The notes under the pieces are model-generated. The model searched no databases, was not told the DNA's origin, and was given only the letters and a program-made list of their open reading frames with translations. 24,000 bases of DNA, from assembly GCF_011065405.1 (NCBI RefSeq), contig NZ_CP047056.1:432747-456746 (forward strand). The letters are read 5' to 3'. This DNA comes from Succinivibrio dextrinosolvens (lineage in GTDB: Bacteria > Pseudomonadota > Gammaproteobacteria > Enterobacterales > Succinivibrionaceae). The position numbers and the translations under genes were made by a program. Below, in pieces: positions 1-8,424 of the stretch (its first letter is position 1; each line of letters begins with the position of its first letter).

Positions 1-305
1 AGATTCGTGAAGAGCGAGCTGCAAGACTTATGGAGCTTCAATCTCAGATTTCCTACGAAAAGCTTGAGGCTAGAGTCGGCAAGGAATATCAGGTTTTAAT
101 TGATTACGTATCAGATGATGGCGTTGCTGTAGGTCGTTCAAAATATGAATCTCCGGATATTGATGGAGTAATATCCATTCCAAACACCAAGGATGTTCAG
201 GTAGGAGACCTAGTTAAAGCAGTAATCACCGGACATGACGAACACGATATGGAAGCCTCTCTGGTTCAGAAGACCACAGGCTCAATATCATTCCTGAAAA
301 AATAA
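1..305 (+). CDS. rimO: Ribosomal protein S12 methylthiotransferase RimO, C-terminal fragment (TRAM domain); 5' end lies outside the window
   Basis: The frame is open from the window edge (frame of nt 3). The translation IREERAARLMELQSQISYEKLEARVGKEYQVLIDYVSDDGVAVGRSKYESPDIDGVISIP...VGDLVKAVITGHDEHDM matches from memory the RimO C-terminus (RxxxAPEIDG...VGD...V.I...DEYDL pattern). Confidence 0.8.
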   Translation, partial: IREERAARLMELQSQISYEKLEARVGKEYQVLIDYVSDDGVAVGRSKYESPDIDGVISIPNTKDVQVGDLVKAVITGHDEHDMEASLVQKTTGSISFLKK

Positions 306-332
306 TTGTTTTTCTTTTATAAGGACTTTTTT

Positions 333-926
333 ATGGCAGACCACTACAAACCATTCGAACCATTGGTTAAGCGTATCAAAGAGGATGGCAAATGCCTGAA
401 TGGTGGAATTCTGAAGGTAGACAGTTTTATCAATCATCAGATTGATCCTACCCTTCTTCAGGCCATGTCAATTGAATTTGTTCGCAGATTTGCAACAAAG
501 GAAATCAACAAGATCATCACCATTGAGGCCTCTGGAATTGCACCAGCAATCATGGTAGGTTTTCTTCTGAATGTACCTGTAGTATTTGTCAAGAAAAAGA
601 AGCCATCAACTATGGCAGGAATGTATTCAACAGAAGTTTTCTCTTTCACAAAGAACAGAGCATACACCGTATGCTGCTCAAAGGAATTCCTAAACGAAGG
701 AGATAAAGTTCTGTTCATTGATGATTTCCTGGCAAACGGTAATGCAGCAAAAGGCATTATCGAACTTACAAAACAGGCTAAGGCTGAACTTGTAGGTATG
801 GGCTTTATTGTAGAAAAATCTTTCCAGCAGGGTGGCAGCTATCTTAGAAACGAAGGTTATCAAGTAGAATCACTGGCTATTATTGATAGTCTAGATAATT
901 GTCAGATAAAGTTTAAAGAGAATTAG
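333..926 (+). CDS. xpt: Xanthine phosphoribosyltransferase (Bacillus-type Xpt)
   Basis: The ORF track starts at a TTG at 306. ATG 333 ([19 protein letters not shown]...) is the more plausible start. PRPP-binding motif [14 protein letters not shown] is present, along with [14 protein letters not shown] and [11 protein letters not shown] blocks typical of Xpt. It is followed 5 nt later by a purine permease. Confidence 0.85.
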   Translation: MADHYKPFEPLVKRIKEDGKCLNGGILKVDSFINHQIDPTLLQAMSIEFVRRFATKEINKIITIEASGIAPAIMVGFLLNVPVVFVKKKKPSTMAGMYSTEVFSFTKNRAYTVCCSKEFLNEGDKVLFIDDFLANGNAAKGIIELTKQAKAELVGMGFIVEKSFQQGGSYLRNEGYQVESLAIIDSLDNCQIKFKEN

Positions 927-931
927 TAAAA

Positions 932-2305
932 ATGACTCAGAGCACCAAAACAGAGCTGTTCACATCGGAACTTATTTATAAACTTGAGGACAGACCACCA
1001 CTAAGAGATGCCATTTTTGCAGCATTCCAGCATCTTCTGGCTATCTTCGTGGCAATCATCACTCCTCCTCTTATTATTGCCAGTGCGCTAAAGCTTGATT
1101 TGGAAACCACAGGTTACCTGATCTCCATGTCGCTTTTAGCTTCAGGTATTTCAACATTCATTCAGTGCAAAAAGGTTGGTCCCATCGGATGCGGCCTTTT
1201 GTGTATTCAGGGAACCTCTTTTTCATTCATTTCTCCTATTATCGGAGCAGGTCTGAATGGAGGACTGGCAGCTATCTTCGGTGCTGTAATCTCTGGCTCA
1301 TTTATCGAAATGTTTATCAGTAGAGTTCTTCGCTACACAAGACAGATTATTACTCCTTTAGTATCAGGAATCGTAGTTTGTCTTATCGGTTTAAGTCTGA
1401 TTAAGGTTGGTGTAATTGCCTGCGGTGGCGGTTTTGGAGCAAAAGCAGACGGAACATTTGCATCTGTAGAAAATATCAGCCTTGCAGCACTGGTTATCGT
1501 TACCATTCTGTTCTTCAACCGCAGTTCAAACCGTTACCTGAGAATGAGCTCTATCGTATTAGGACTGATTATCGGATTCGTTGTAGCTTACTTCCTAGGA
1601 AGAGTCGATTTCTCTCAGATCGACAGTTTTGGCGGCATTAACGTACCACATCCATTCAAATACGGGGTTACATTTGATCCTGGTGCAATCATCGGTCTTG
1701 GCATTGTTTATATGATTACTGCAATTGAGGCTTACGGTGATATTACTGCTAACTCTCTAATCTCGGGACAGAAGATTGAAGGATCAGACTTCCAGAAGAG
1801 ATCATCAGGAGGTATTCTTGCAGATGGATTTAACTCAATGATTGCAGGATGTCTGAACTCATTCCCAAACTCAATCTTCGCACAGAACAACGGAATGATT
1901 CAGCTTACGGGGGTTGCCTCAAGATACGTTGGATTCTTTATCGCAGGATTCCTTGTAATTTTAGGACTATTCCCTGCTGTAGGTAAGGTGTTCTCTTTAA
2001 TTCCAGATCCTGTATTAGGAGGAGCCACTCTACTTATGTTCGGAACTGTTGCAGCTGCTGGAGTAAGAATCATTGCCTCTCAGGAAATGAACCGCAAAGC
2101 AATCCTTGTTATGGCCGTAAGTTTCTCTTTCGGTCTAGCAGTTGAATTCGAACCAGACATTCTGAACTTCCTACCAGATAACATTAAATCATTGTTCACT
2201 TCTGGAATCACTACCGGTGGTTTAGTCGCTATCATTTCAAACTTCATGATCAGAATTAAGGACGAGGATAAAAATACAAAAGGAAGTAAGAAAGCCCAAG
2301 CTTAA
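932..2305 (+). CDS. pbuX: NCS2/NAT-family xanthine(/uracil) permease
   Basis: 457-aa polytopic membrane protein. NAT signature FAQNNGMIQLTGVASRYV (QNxGxxxxTG) is present. It is tightly linked downstream of xpt, as in the xpt-pbuX arrangement. Confidence 0.85.
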   Translation: MTQSTKTELFTSELIYKLEDRPPLRDAIFAAFQHLLAIFVAIITPPLIIASALKLDLETTGYLISMSLLASGISTFIQCKKVGPIGCGLLCIQGTSFSFISPIIGAGLNGGLAAIFGAVISGSFIEMFISRVLRYTRQIITPLVSGIVVCLIGLSLIKVGVIACGGGFGAKADGTFASVENISLAALVIVTILFFNRSSNRYLRMSSIVLGLIIGFVVAYFLGRVDFSQIDSFGGINVPHPFKYGVTFDPGAIIGLGIVYMITAIEAYGDITANSLISGQKIEGSDFQKRSSGGILADGFNSMIAGCLNSFPNSIFAQNNGMIQLTGVASRYVGFFIAGFLVILGLFPAVGKVFSLIPDPVLGGATLLMFGTVAAAGVRIIASQEMNRKAILVMAVSFSFGLAVEFEPDILNFLPDNIKSLFTSGITTGGLVAIISNFMIRIKDEDKNTKGSKKAQA

Positions 2306-2320
2306 TTACAGACATTTCGT

Positions 2321-2340
2321 TCTCGGACTCAAGTCCGAGA
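2321..2340 (+). other. Perfect 8-bp hairpin downstream of the permease (TCTCGGAC-TCAA-GTCCGAGA), no U-tract
   Basis: The inverted repeat was read directly. It has no following T-run on either strand, so it is only a weak intrinsic-terminator candidate for xpt-pbuX. Confidence 0.3.
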
Positions 2341-2367
2341 CTCCTTCCCCAGAGTAGTTATCTCATA

Positions 2368-2560
2368 TTGACCTGCTCCCCATGGCTGAAGCCAGGGGAT
2401 TCAATACCGCCCGTTAACTATTTTTGCTAATGTTAACTAGGCCTCTAAGGCTTCTCGTTGCTGACTGCTATTACAGTTCACTTGGCGAGCGATCTGGGCA
2501 AGACCTGCCCTTTTTATATTTTTAGCTGCGTTCACATCTGCGTTTTCAGTGTGACCGCAG
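2368..2560 (-). ncRNA. Candidate omega-RNA (TnpB guide RNA scaffold) overlapping the tnpB 3' end and the element right end; 5' limit approximate
   Basis: Established TnpB biology places the omega-RNA over the tnpB 3' end and RE. On the minus strand I see hairpins ACTGT-AATA-GCAGT (2464-2477) and CCCCTGGC-TTCA-GCCA(T)GGGG (2378-2398), followed by AGCAGGTCAA. The same module, with compensatory changes, occurs after the second tnpB (11570-11662). Confidence 0.45.
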
Positions 2561-3717
2561 TGGATACATTTAAACTCAGCCTGAGTCTTTCGGTTCTCCT
2601 TATCAACATAGCCGCATACATGACAGGCTCTGCTGGTGTTCTTAGCAGGGATCTGCACGAAGATGCCTCCCTTAAGCTTAAGTTTGTACTCAAGCTGTTT
2701 AAAGAACTTAGACCATGACTCTTTTAAAATCTCTCTGTTTAAGCCTGACTTCTGTTTTACGTTTCTGCCAGGCTCTTCAATAGTTCCCTTAGCTGATTTG
2801 ATCATATTCTTAACCTTCAGGTCTTCTACACATATAATGTCGTGGTTTTTGACTAGGCGGGTAGATCCTTTCTGAAGATAATCATATCTGACATCAGTAA
2901 GTTTCTTATTAAGCTTAGAGAGTTTTATTCTGAGTTTAATGTATCTTTTTGAATCTTTTTTCTTTCTGCTTAATCTCCTCTGCAGTTTTTCTATCTTTTC
3001 ATAAACAGGATTCAGCCTGTCTTTTAATGACGGTATGTAGTTTTCATCTGATAAGGTGGCAAATCTGACCACTCCCATATCAATACCTACAGCTGTATTA
3101 AAATTAAGCTCCTGGATCAGAGGATTTAATTCAAACTCTGTCTGAACAGAGATATACCAGTCTCCATGGTTCAGTGAAACTGTTACATTCTTTGGTTTAC
3201 CGAAGATGTTTCTGGATTTACGGTACTTAACCCAGCCAATCTTGGGTAGCCATATCTTCTTTCTGTCTTCATCAAGTTCAAAGCCCTGAGGAAATCTGAA
3301 GCTGTTATGAAGAGCCTTCTTTTGGAATCTTGGTAAACCACCTTTTCCTTCGAAGAATCTATGGTAGGCCCTCATCAAATCCTGAGCTTTCTGCTGTAAA
3401 GCCTGAGCAGGACATTCCTGTAAAAAAGGATATTCTTTCCTTAAATCAGGAAGCAGATAGTTTAATCCTGTAATACATTTATAGCACAAAGGTCTGAAAC
3501 TAAGCTTCTTGGCTTCATCCCTGTTTAAGGCTTCACCATTACTCTGTCTGGAATCTATTTCCTCAAGATATTCTCTGAAGTCTACCCTGCATTTGAAGAG
3601 TAAATGGTTATATACAAATCTGGTACAACCTGCTGTCCTGCTGAAAAAACGACGCTGTTCTCCATTAGGCTCAAGCTTAAATTTAAAAGCAAGTTTTGCT
3701 AGATTTGTATCTGTCAT
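2437..3717 (-). CDS. tnpB: TnpB (IS200/IS605-family RNA-guided RuvC nuclease, OrfB)
   Basis: 426 aa. RuvC motifs are present: GIDMGV (D), ICVEDLKVKNM (E) and ENADVNAAKNI (D). Zinc ribbon CHVCG...CIHCG is present. The N-terminal FKFKLEPNGEQ and middle GGLPRFQKK blocks are typical of OrfB_IS605. Confidence 0.93.
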   Translation of the reverse strand: MTDTNLAKLAFKFKLEPNGEQRRFFSRTAGCTRFVYNHLLFKCRVDFREYLEEIDSRQSNGEALNRDEAKKLSFRPLCYKCITGLNYLLPDLRKEYPFLQECPAQALQQKAQDLMRAYHRFFEGKGGLPRFQKKALHNSFRFPQGFELDEDRKKIWLPKIGWVKYRKSRNIFGKPKNVTVSLNHGDWYISVQTEFELNPLIQELNFNTAVGIDMGVVRFATLSDENYIPSLKDRLNPVYEKIEKLQRRLSRKKKDSKRYIKLRIKLSKLNKKLTDVRYDYLQKGSTRLVKNHDIICVEDLKVKNMIKSAKGTIEEPGRNVKQKSGLNREILKESWSKFFKQLEYKLKLKGGIFVQIPAKNTSRACHVCGYVDKENRKTQAEFKCIHCGHTENADVNAAKNIKRAGLAQIARQVNCNSSQQREALEA

Positions 3718-3759
3718 ATATATATTTATTATTTTTAAACTTTATTAAACAATATATAT

Positions 3760-3768
3760 ATTATAGCA
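3760..3768 (-). promoter_or_regulatory. Possible extended -10 promoter element (TGCTATAAT) for tnpB
   Basis: The minus strand reads TGcTATAAT about 45 nt upstream of the tnpB ATG (3717). No good -35 is present. This rests on a motif match only. Confidence 0.3.
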
Positions 3769-3778
3769 TACTTTTTTT

Positions 3779-3823
3779 GCCGCCTTACATCCCCATTGTT
3801 AAAACAAGGGGTCTTCCGGCGGC
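3779..3823 (-). repeat. Subterminal nested hairpin of the element left end (GCCGCC...CCCC-loop-GGGG...GGCGGC)
   Basis: Outer 6-bp stem GCCGCC/GGCGGC and inner 4-bp stem CCCC/GGGG were read directly. The position upstream of tnpB fits the LE imperfect palindrome bound by Y1 transposases. Confidence 0.55.
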
Positions 3824-3835
3824 AAAGATAACTAA

Positions 3836-3877
3836 CAAAAAATCAGAGAACACATTAAGCACTCTCTGATTTTTTTC
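3836..3877 (-). terminator. Rho-independent (bidirectional-looking) terminator downstream of the MCP gene
   Basis: ATCAGAGA (3842-3849) pairs with TCTCTGAT (3863-3870), flanked by an A-run on one side and a T-run on the other. On the minus strand the hairpin is followed by TTTTTT, 22 nt after the MCP stop. Confidence 0.7.
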
Positions 3878-3899
3878 AAATAAAGTTTTCCTTATATAG

Positions 3900-5510
3900 T
3901 TACACAATAAACCTGTCAACCATTGCCTTTAAGGAATTCAGATTATCAACTGAGGAGTTTACTGTTCCCTGTGCCGTTCTCACATTCTCTGTCAGATTCT
4001 GAGACTCATTGGTAATACTCTGCATATTGGATGAGATCTCAGAAGTCGCGGTTGTCTGCTGTTCAGCAGCAGTTGCAATCTGAGAAATCTGAGTATTAAC
4101 AGAATTAACATTTTCAATAATGCTGGACAATAAATTTTCAACTTCTTCTGTCTGTGAAGCCAACACTCCCATATGTTCAACAGATGCTGCCATACTGTCG
4201 TTTGCGGTATTAGCATCATTCTGAATCTCTGCCACCATCTTAGTAATTTCAGAGGTTGAACCTGATGTTCTTGAAGCCAGAGAACGAACTTCATCTGCAA
4301 CCACAGCAAATCCCTTACCGGCTTCACCTGCACGGGCAGCCTCAATTGCCGCATTTAGAGCTAACAGATTAGTCTGAGAGGCAATATCTTCAATGGTCTG
4401 TACAATTGTACCGATCTTTTGAGACTGTTCTACAAGACGAGATACAAGTAGAGCATCATTCTTAGATTTTTCAACCTGATCACGAATAGAATTGATTGTA
4501 ACATGAACCTTATTAACCCCCTCCTTAGTACTCTTATTACTCTCATCGGCGGTTACAGCGGCTGTCTGACAGTTCTTTGCAATATCACCTGTTGTAGAAA
4601 CCATCTCATCAGATGCAGCTGCTACTGTCATTGCCTTTGCTTCATTGGAACGAGCAGATTCATCAATAATCATGGTTATGTCATTTATAGAGCGAAAATC
4701 AGATACAGCCTGACCTACAGAAGACTTAATCTTACCAACAAGGTCGTTAAGTTGATGCCTCATTCTCTCAACTGCATCTAGAAGCTGTCCAAATTCATCT
4801 CTTGAACTTGATTTAACAGATTTTGAAAGATCTCCATTGGCTATGGAGGTAGATGCATTTAAGGCTGTATGAAGGTTCTTAACAGTATAGCTAGATACCA
4901 CCATAGCAATCAGAATAGCTAGAACGGTTGCACAGGCTGAAGCTCCGAGAATTCCGTATATAGGAGTATATGAGGTATTTTCTTCAATCTTTGAAACACC
5001 ATTGGCAATCTGAGTCTCAATGATTGTATTACAGGCTTTATCTGCTGCAATCTTAAGCTTCTGCATTTTTTTGGAGAAAACAAAGTGCATCTTATGAAGA
5101 TCCTGAGCAGCTACTGCAGGAATATATTCACTCCTATAAACGTTCTCATATTCTGCAATTGAATTCTTTATAATTGCAGTTTGCTCTGGAGTTGTTCTTC
5201 CTCTTAAGGCTTTTACTTTCGCAGATACTGCATTAACTTTTTCATCAATACTCTTCAATAATTCAGGAGTGTTGTTTTCAAGTTCCTCCTGTGAGATGAA
5301 AAGATCATCATGCATTGATTCAATCATTTCGCGCACTGTTACAAGTGTAACTCGTCTTACAGTCAAAACCTCGTGAGCATATGATGAAGCAGAATTAAAA
5401 TTCAGCATTATCAGAATAGATACAATAGAGATTAGGATTGTAAATATAATTACAACAGCAAATCCCCCCATTACCTTTCCACGAACAGAAAGTCTTTCAA
5501 ATAAACCCAT
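3900..5510 (-). CDS. Methyl-accepting chemotaxis protein (N-terminal TM, periplasmic helical sensor, second TM, HAMP, signalling domain)
   Basis: Highly conserved MCP hairpin tip [37 protein letters not shown] is present. Two hydrophobic segments flank an approximately 150-aa periplasmic region. GGAG lies 8 nt upstream of the ATG. Confidence 0.92.
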   Translation of the reverse strand: MGLFERLSVRGKVMGGFAVVIIFTILISIVSILIMLNFNSASSYAHEVLTVRRVTLVTVREMIESMHDDLFISQEELENNTPELLKSIDEKVNAVSAKVKALRGRTTPEQTAIIKNSIAEYENVYRSEYIPAVAAQDLHKMHFVFSKKMQKLKIAADKACNTIIETQIANGVSKIEENTSYTPIYGILGASACATVLAILIAMVVSSYTVKNLHTALNASTSIANGDLSKSVKSSSRDEFGQLLDAVERMRHQLNDLVGKIKSSVGQAVSDFRSINDITMIIDESARSNEAKAMTVAAASDEMVSTTGDIAKNCQTAAVTADESNKSTKEGVNKVHVTINSIRDQVEKSKNDALLVSRLVEQSQKIGTIVQTIEDIASQTNLLALNAAIEAARAGEAGKGFAVVADEVRSLASRTSGSTSEITKMVAEIQNDANTANDSMAASVEHMGVLASQTEEVENLLSSIIENVNSVNTQISQIATAAEQQTTATSEISSNMQSITNESQNLTENVRTAQGTVNSSVDNLNSLKAMVDRFIV

Positions 5511-5658
5511 AAGATTACTCCAAAATTCAAATCCTATTCTTGAGTATAAATAATATTAAAAACAATGCATTGAAAATTGGTGAATGAAGATTTAAAAATG
5601 TGAAAGCAGAATAGCAAATTATATTAAACGACTTAAAAATATGATCAGACTAGCAGAA

Positions 5659-5688
5659 TTCTGCCATGATTATTTTTTCATGGCAGAA
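5659..5688 (-). terminator. 11-bp perfect hairpin just downstream of the phosphoesterase gene (terminator-like, weak U-tract)
   Basis: TTCTGCCATGA (5659-5669) pairs with TCATGGCAGAA (5678-5688), 8 nt after the stop at 5696. The trailing sequence on the minus strand is only TTCTGCT. Confidence 0.4.
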
Positions 5689-5695
5689 TAAAAAA

Positions 5696-6895
5696 CTAAC
5701 CCTCAAAATAGACAGAGAAATTTTTAGAACTGAGATTTCTATGAGCCTTAGGTGACTCAAGAACTATGATATTAATTACCGGCTTATTGAAGATTCTGAA
5801 AGCAGAAGCTGTATTGATACGGGTTCCTGAAGAAACAATCACCTTCTCTTTTCCAAGCTTATAAAGTCCGTGAGTCATTCCTTCATTCAAAAGACCGACC
5901 AGTATGTCGATACCGGGCATAAAACCACCATGAGTGTGTCCACATAAAGTAAGATCAGAGAATTCCTGAAGCTGAACTGCAAACTTAGGACGATGGGACA
6001 TGAATATAGTAGGAACAGAATTATCAACGCCAACTAATGCATCTTTGATACTTGGTTCAGTCATGTTGTAGTGTTCTGCAGTAGGATCAGTAATACCACA
6101 GAGATTTAACACATTATTCTGAGCGTAATCCTTGACTGAGATGTTATTATTCTCCAGAAACTTAATTCCGCCTTTCTCAAAATGCTCTAGCCATTTCCTG
6201 TAATCTGAATAATATTCATGATTTCCTGGTACAGCATACACACCGTATTTTGAATCCAGATCAAAAAGAATATCGGTAACATCCTTTAAATCAGAAACCT
6301 TGCCATCTACAAAATCGCCTGTAATTAAAACAAGATCTGGTTTCTGTTCATTTACCCTGTCAACAATATCTCTGATTTCACTCTTTGTTGCTATTCCGTC
6401 TATGTGGAGATCAGAAAGCTGAACTATCTTTAATCCGCTATTCTCTACTGAGAGTTTATCTACAGTAAAGGTATAGTTTCTTATTACAGGAGGAACGAAA
6501 CCATTACTTACGGCAACAGCTGAAATATAAAAACTCAAGGCCGTCATGAACAAACCTAGAATCACTGATTCAGGCTTAAACAGATTAACAGAGAAATTTC
6601 TTCTTAAAAGCTTGAATAGGAAGTTCAGAACTAAACGGATACCGATGAGAATACATAGAACAGCCATCGCCCAGAATATATTTAGAACAATCATCACCAG
6701 CCACTTTGGAATACCAAAGTAAGCTGTTGTCATCTTAAAGAAGATATACAGATACCCATTTAACGCACTTATTCCCAACAGCACAAAGAAAAGTTTTCTG
6801 AATATAAAGGAGTATTTCTGAATAGGTTTTAGAAACAGGAAATATACGAAAACGAACTGTAATACAGGGATAATAGAAAGAAGAAGAATGTTCAT
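5696..6895 (-). CDS. Membrane-anchored calcineurin-like metallophosphoesterase
   Basis: The N-terminal approximately 130 aa contain several hydrophobic helices. Phosphoesterase motifs occur in order: LSDLHID, ITGDFVDG, PGNHEY, SHRP, CGHTHGG. Confidence 0.85.
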   Translation of the reverse strand: MNILLLSIIPVLQFVFVYFLFLKPIQKYSFIFRKLFFVLLGISALNGYLYIFFKMTTAYFGIPKWLVMIVLNIFWAMAVLCILIGIRLVLNFLFKLLRRNFSVNLFKPESVILGLFMTALSFYISAVAVSNGFVPPVIRNYTFTVDKLSVENSGLKIVQLSDLHIDGIATKSEIRDIVDRVNEQKPDLVLITGDFVDGKVSDLKDVTDILFDLDSKYGVYAVPGNHEYYSDYRKWLEHFEKGGIKFLENNNISVKDYAQNNVLNLCGITDPTAEHYNMTEPSIKDALVGVDNSVPTIFMSHRPKFAVQLQEFSDLTLCGHTHGGFMPGIDILVGLLNEGMTHGLYKLGKEKVIVSSGTRINTASAFRIFNKPVINIIVLESPKAHRNLSSKNFSVYFEG

Positions 6896-7052
6896 AAGAT
6901 ATAGTTTGTTCTTGTTTTTATATAATGTTAATGATTCTGTATTTTATTACCCCAAAATTATATAAAACTTATTTTTATCGATAAAGGAATTAAGTCCAAA
7001 TTAACTGATATTAATCTGAAATCTTAGCCTTAAACTAACAATAATCAAAACA

Positions 7053-7091
7053 AAAGCTTCTGCCTGTTTTATTTACAGATTCAGAAGCTTT
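7053..7091 (-). terminator. Rho-independent terminator after the first DUF945-like gene
   Basis: AAAGCTTCTG (7053-7062) pairs with CAGAAGCTTT (7082-7091). On the minus strand it is followed by TGTTTTGATT. Confidence 0.55.
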
Positions 7092-7124
7092 ATTCTTTTA
7101 CAGAAACCTATGAATCTAAGTTTA

Positions 7125-8273
7125 TTATAGGAAAGGCTTGCCGTTTACAGTTAAACGACCATTTTCAATTGCAAGCTCAGATTCAAATGCACCGTTCTTC
7201 TCAACAAAAAACTGCTCTGCATTCTTGTTAGAATCAGACTTAACTGTTAGATTGCCCTTCAGAGAATCCATTCCTTCCTCAAGGTTCCAGGTAAACTTAC
7301 CGCCAGAGGTTAAATTGAACTGATCAACATTCTGAATTCCAGTAAAGAAGGCCACGATTTTTCCTACTCTACCATTAAGTTTGTTAACAGTAAGAGAGTT
7401 GAGGGACTTTAAGACTTCATGATAAGAGCCATCATCAACAGCAGCGTTCTGAGATGCCTTCTCAAGGACATCGGTATTGAACTTTGATAATGTTAAATCA
7501 ATATCATAGTTCTGAAGATAACCGAATAAATCATCTCCGCTTAAGGTGATATTCATGTCGAAATCACCTTCTTTTGTCTGATTTACAGCTTGTGAAGTTA
7601 ACTTTAGGTTATCAAATTTATAGGGCATTGCTTCAAAGCCCTTTATGACAACAGAGGAATTACCAATACTCTTTAGATCGGTTATTCCCTGCATATTGCC
7701 AGACATATCAATTTCTTTAACCGAGAAGGATTTTCCATCCTGAAGATTCCTGATATTAAGATGAGAGATTACATTTTCATCTGAGGTTAAATCCACATCC
7801 AGAACAGAATCCAGCTTGCCCTTAGAGTTATCCTGATAATCAGCCTGCAGTCTGCCATGACCTTTGATCTTTGAAGAGAATACAGAAGAATCAAACTCAA
7901 GATCAGCCTTCACAGTATTTGGAGCAAACTTGATTGCATCATTCTTTTCCACTAAAGAAACAAATTCATCTGTACCAATGATGGTTTTAGCAGAGCCAAA
8001 GCCCTTGTTAATGGTAAATGGGATCTTTACACTTTCATCCTCGACAGAAAGAATAAAACTGCCCTGCTCTGTAAAGAAAGAATCCTTGTCTACCTTGCAG
8101 CTTAAATTTGAGCCTGGAAGATAATAACTAAGCTGTTTGCTGATTGTTTCATTGTTTTCAATACTGCTGAGGTATTCATTGACTTTAACACCTGTATAAT
8201 AAACACCACCGGCATAAACTGCAGCAGCGATAACAACAGCTCCGGCTGAAAACAATACTAATTTATTTGCCAT
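7125..8273 (-). CDS. YdgA-like (DUF945-family) exported/anchored protein, paralog 1
   Basis: N-terminal anchor MANKLVLFSAGAVVIAAAVYAGGVYYTGVKVNEYL resembles the YdgA/YihF N-terminus (GG.WYTGK..E) as I remember it. The remainder is Ser/Asn/Asp-rich and predicted beta-rich. The family call is from memory only. Confidence 0.6.
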   Translation of the reverse strand: MANKLVLFSAGAVVIAAAVYAGGVYYTGVKVNEYLSSIENNETISKQLSYYLPGSNLSCKVDKDSFFTEQGSFILSVEDESVKIPFTINKGFGSAKTIIGTDEFVSLVEKNDAIKFAPNTVKADLEFDSSVFSSKIKGHGRLQADYQDNSKGKLDSVLDVDLTSDENVISHLNIRNLQDGKSFSVKEIDMSGNMQGITDLKSIGNSSVVIKGFEAMPYKFDNLKLTSQAVNQTKEGDFDMNITLSGDDLFGYLQNYDIDLTLSKFNTDVLEKASQNAAVDDGSYHEVLKSLNSLTVNKLNGRVGKIVAFFTGIQNVDQFNLTSGGKFTWNLEEGMDSLKGNLTVKSDSNKNAEQFFVEKNGAFESELAIENGRLTVNGKPFL

Positions 8274-8315
8274 GAAAAATTTAGCCTCAAAATATTCCGC
8301 AGTTGCGGCATTTAA

Positions 8316-8344
8316 AGAAAAATCTCGGATTGAACTTCCGAGAT
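8316..8344 (-). terminator. Rho-independent terminator between the two DUF945-like genes
   Basis: ATCTCGGA (8322-8329) pairs with TCCGAGAT (8337-8344). On the minus strand it is followed by TTTTTCTTT. Confidence 0.6.
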
Positions 8345-8424
8345 TAAACTACGTTTAGCTTATATCTGAATTAGAAAAAATAATAGACAATAATGCAGAC
8401 TGTAGGGATCATATCCTTTTTTAC

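Larger units (their letters stand above)
2368..3837 (-). mobile_element. Stand-alone tnpB element (IS200/IS605 family, IS1341-like, no tnpA); the LE boundary is uncertain by about 30 nt
   Basis: The RE is defined by a hairpin plus 10 nt ending in TCAA (GTCAA = complement of 2368-2372), the same geometry I recall for IS608. The LE side has a subterminal nested hairpin (3779-3823) and the motif TGTTAGTTATC (complement of 3827-3837), which is shared with the second element. Confidence 0.7.

Noticed and set aside
306-332. An upstream TTG-initiated extension of xpt, or a purine riboswitch in front of xpt
   Set aside because: The extension encodes only FFFYKDFF before a well-placed ATG. Only about 27 nt separate the rimO stop from the xpt ATG, which is far too short for a purine riboswitch aptamer and expression platform.
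458-757. Antisense or shadow ORFs inside confidently assigned genes. The others are 1333-1518, 2458-2875, 3509-3748, 3992-4354, 4503-4781, 7138-7323, 7864-8124, 8393-8602, 8738-9010, 9417-9626, 10398-10604, 11172-11536, 12224-12595, 12929-13483, 15870-16121, 17172-17366, 18630-19076, 20040-20261, 21950-22210 and 22490-22747.
   Set aside because: Each overlaps a longer ORF that has clear family motifs on the opposite strand or in another frame. None shows recognisable motifs or translation-initiation signals.
2321-2340. A shared TCTCGGA/TCCGAGA stem with the hairpin at 8322-8344, as evidence of a REP family
   Set aside because: There are only two instances in 24 kb, with different loops and flanks. 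That is too little to separate from chance, so it is left as two individual hairpins.
2437-3717. Possibility that the TnpB homologs (also 10327-11616) are nuclease-dead TldR-type repressors
   Set aside because: Both proteins are full length (426 and 429 aa). Both retain the RuvC Asp (GIDMG), Glu (VEDL/AEEL) and Asp (NADxNAA) as well as the zinc ribbon. Nothing in the sequence indicates loss of catalysis.
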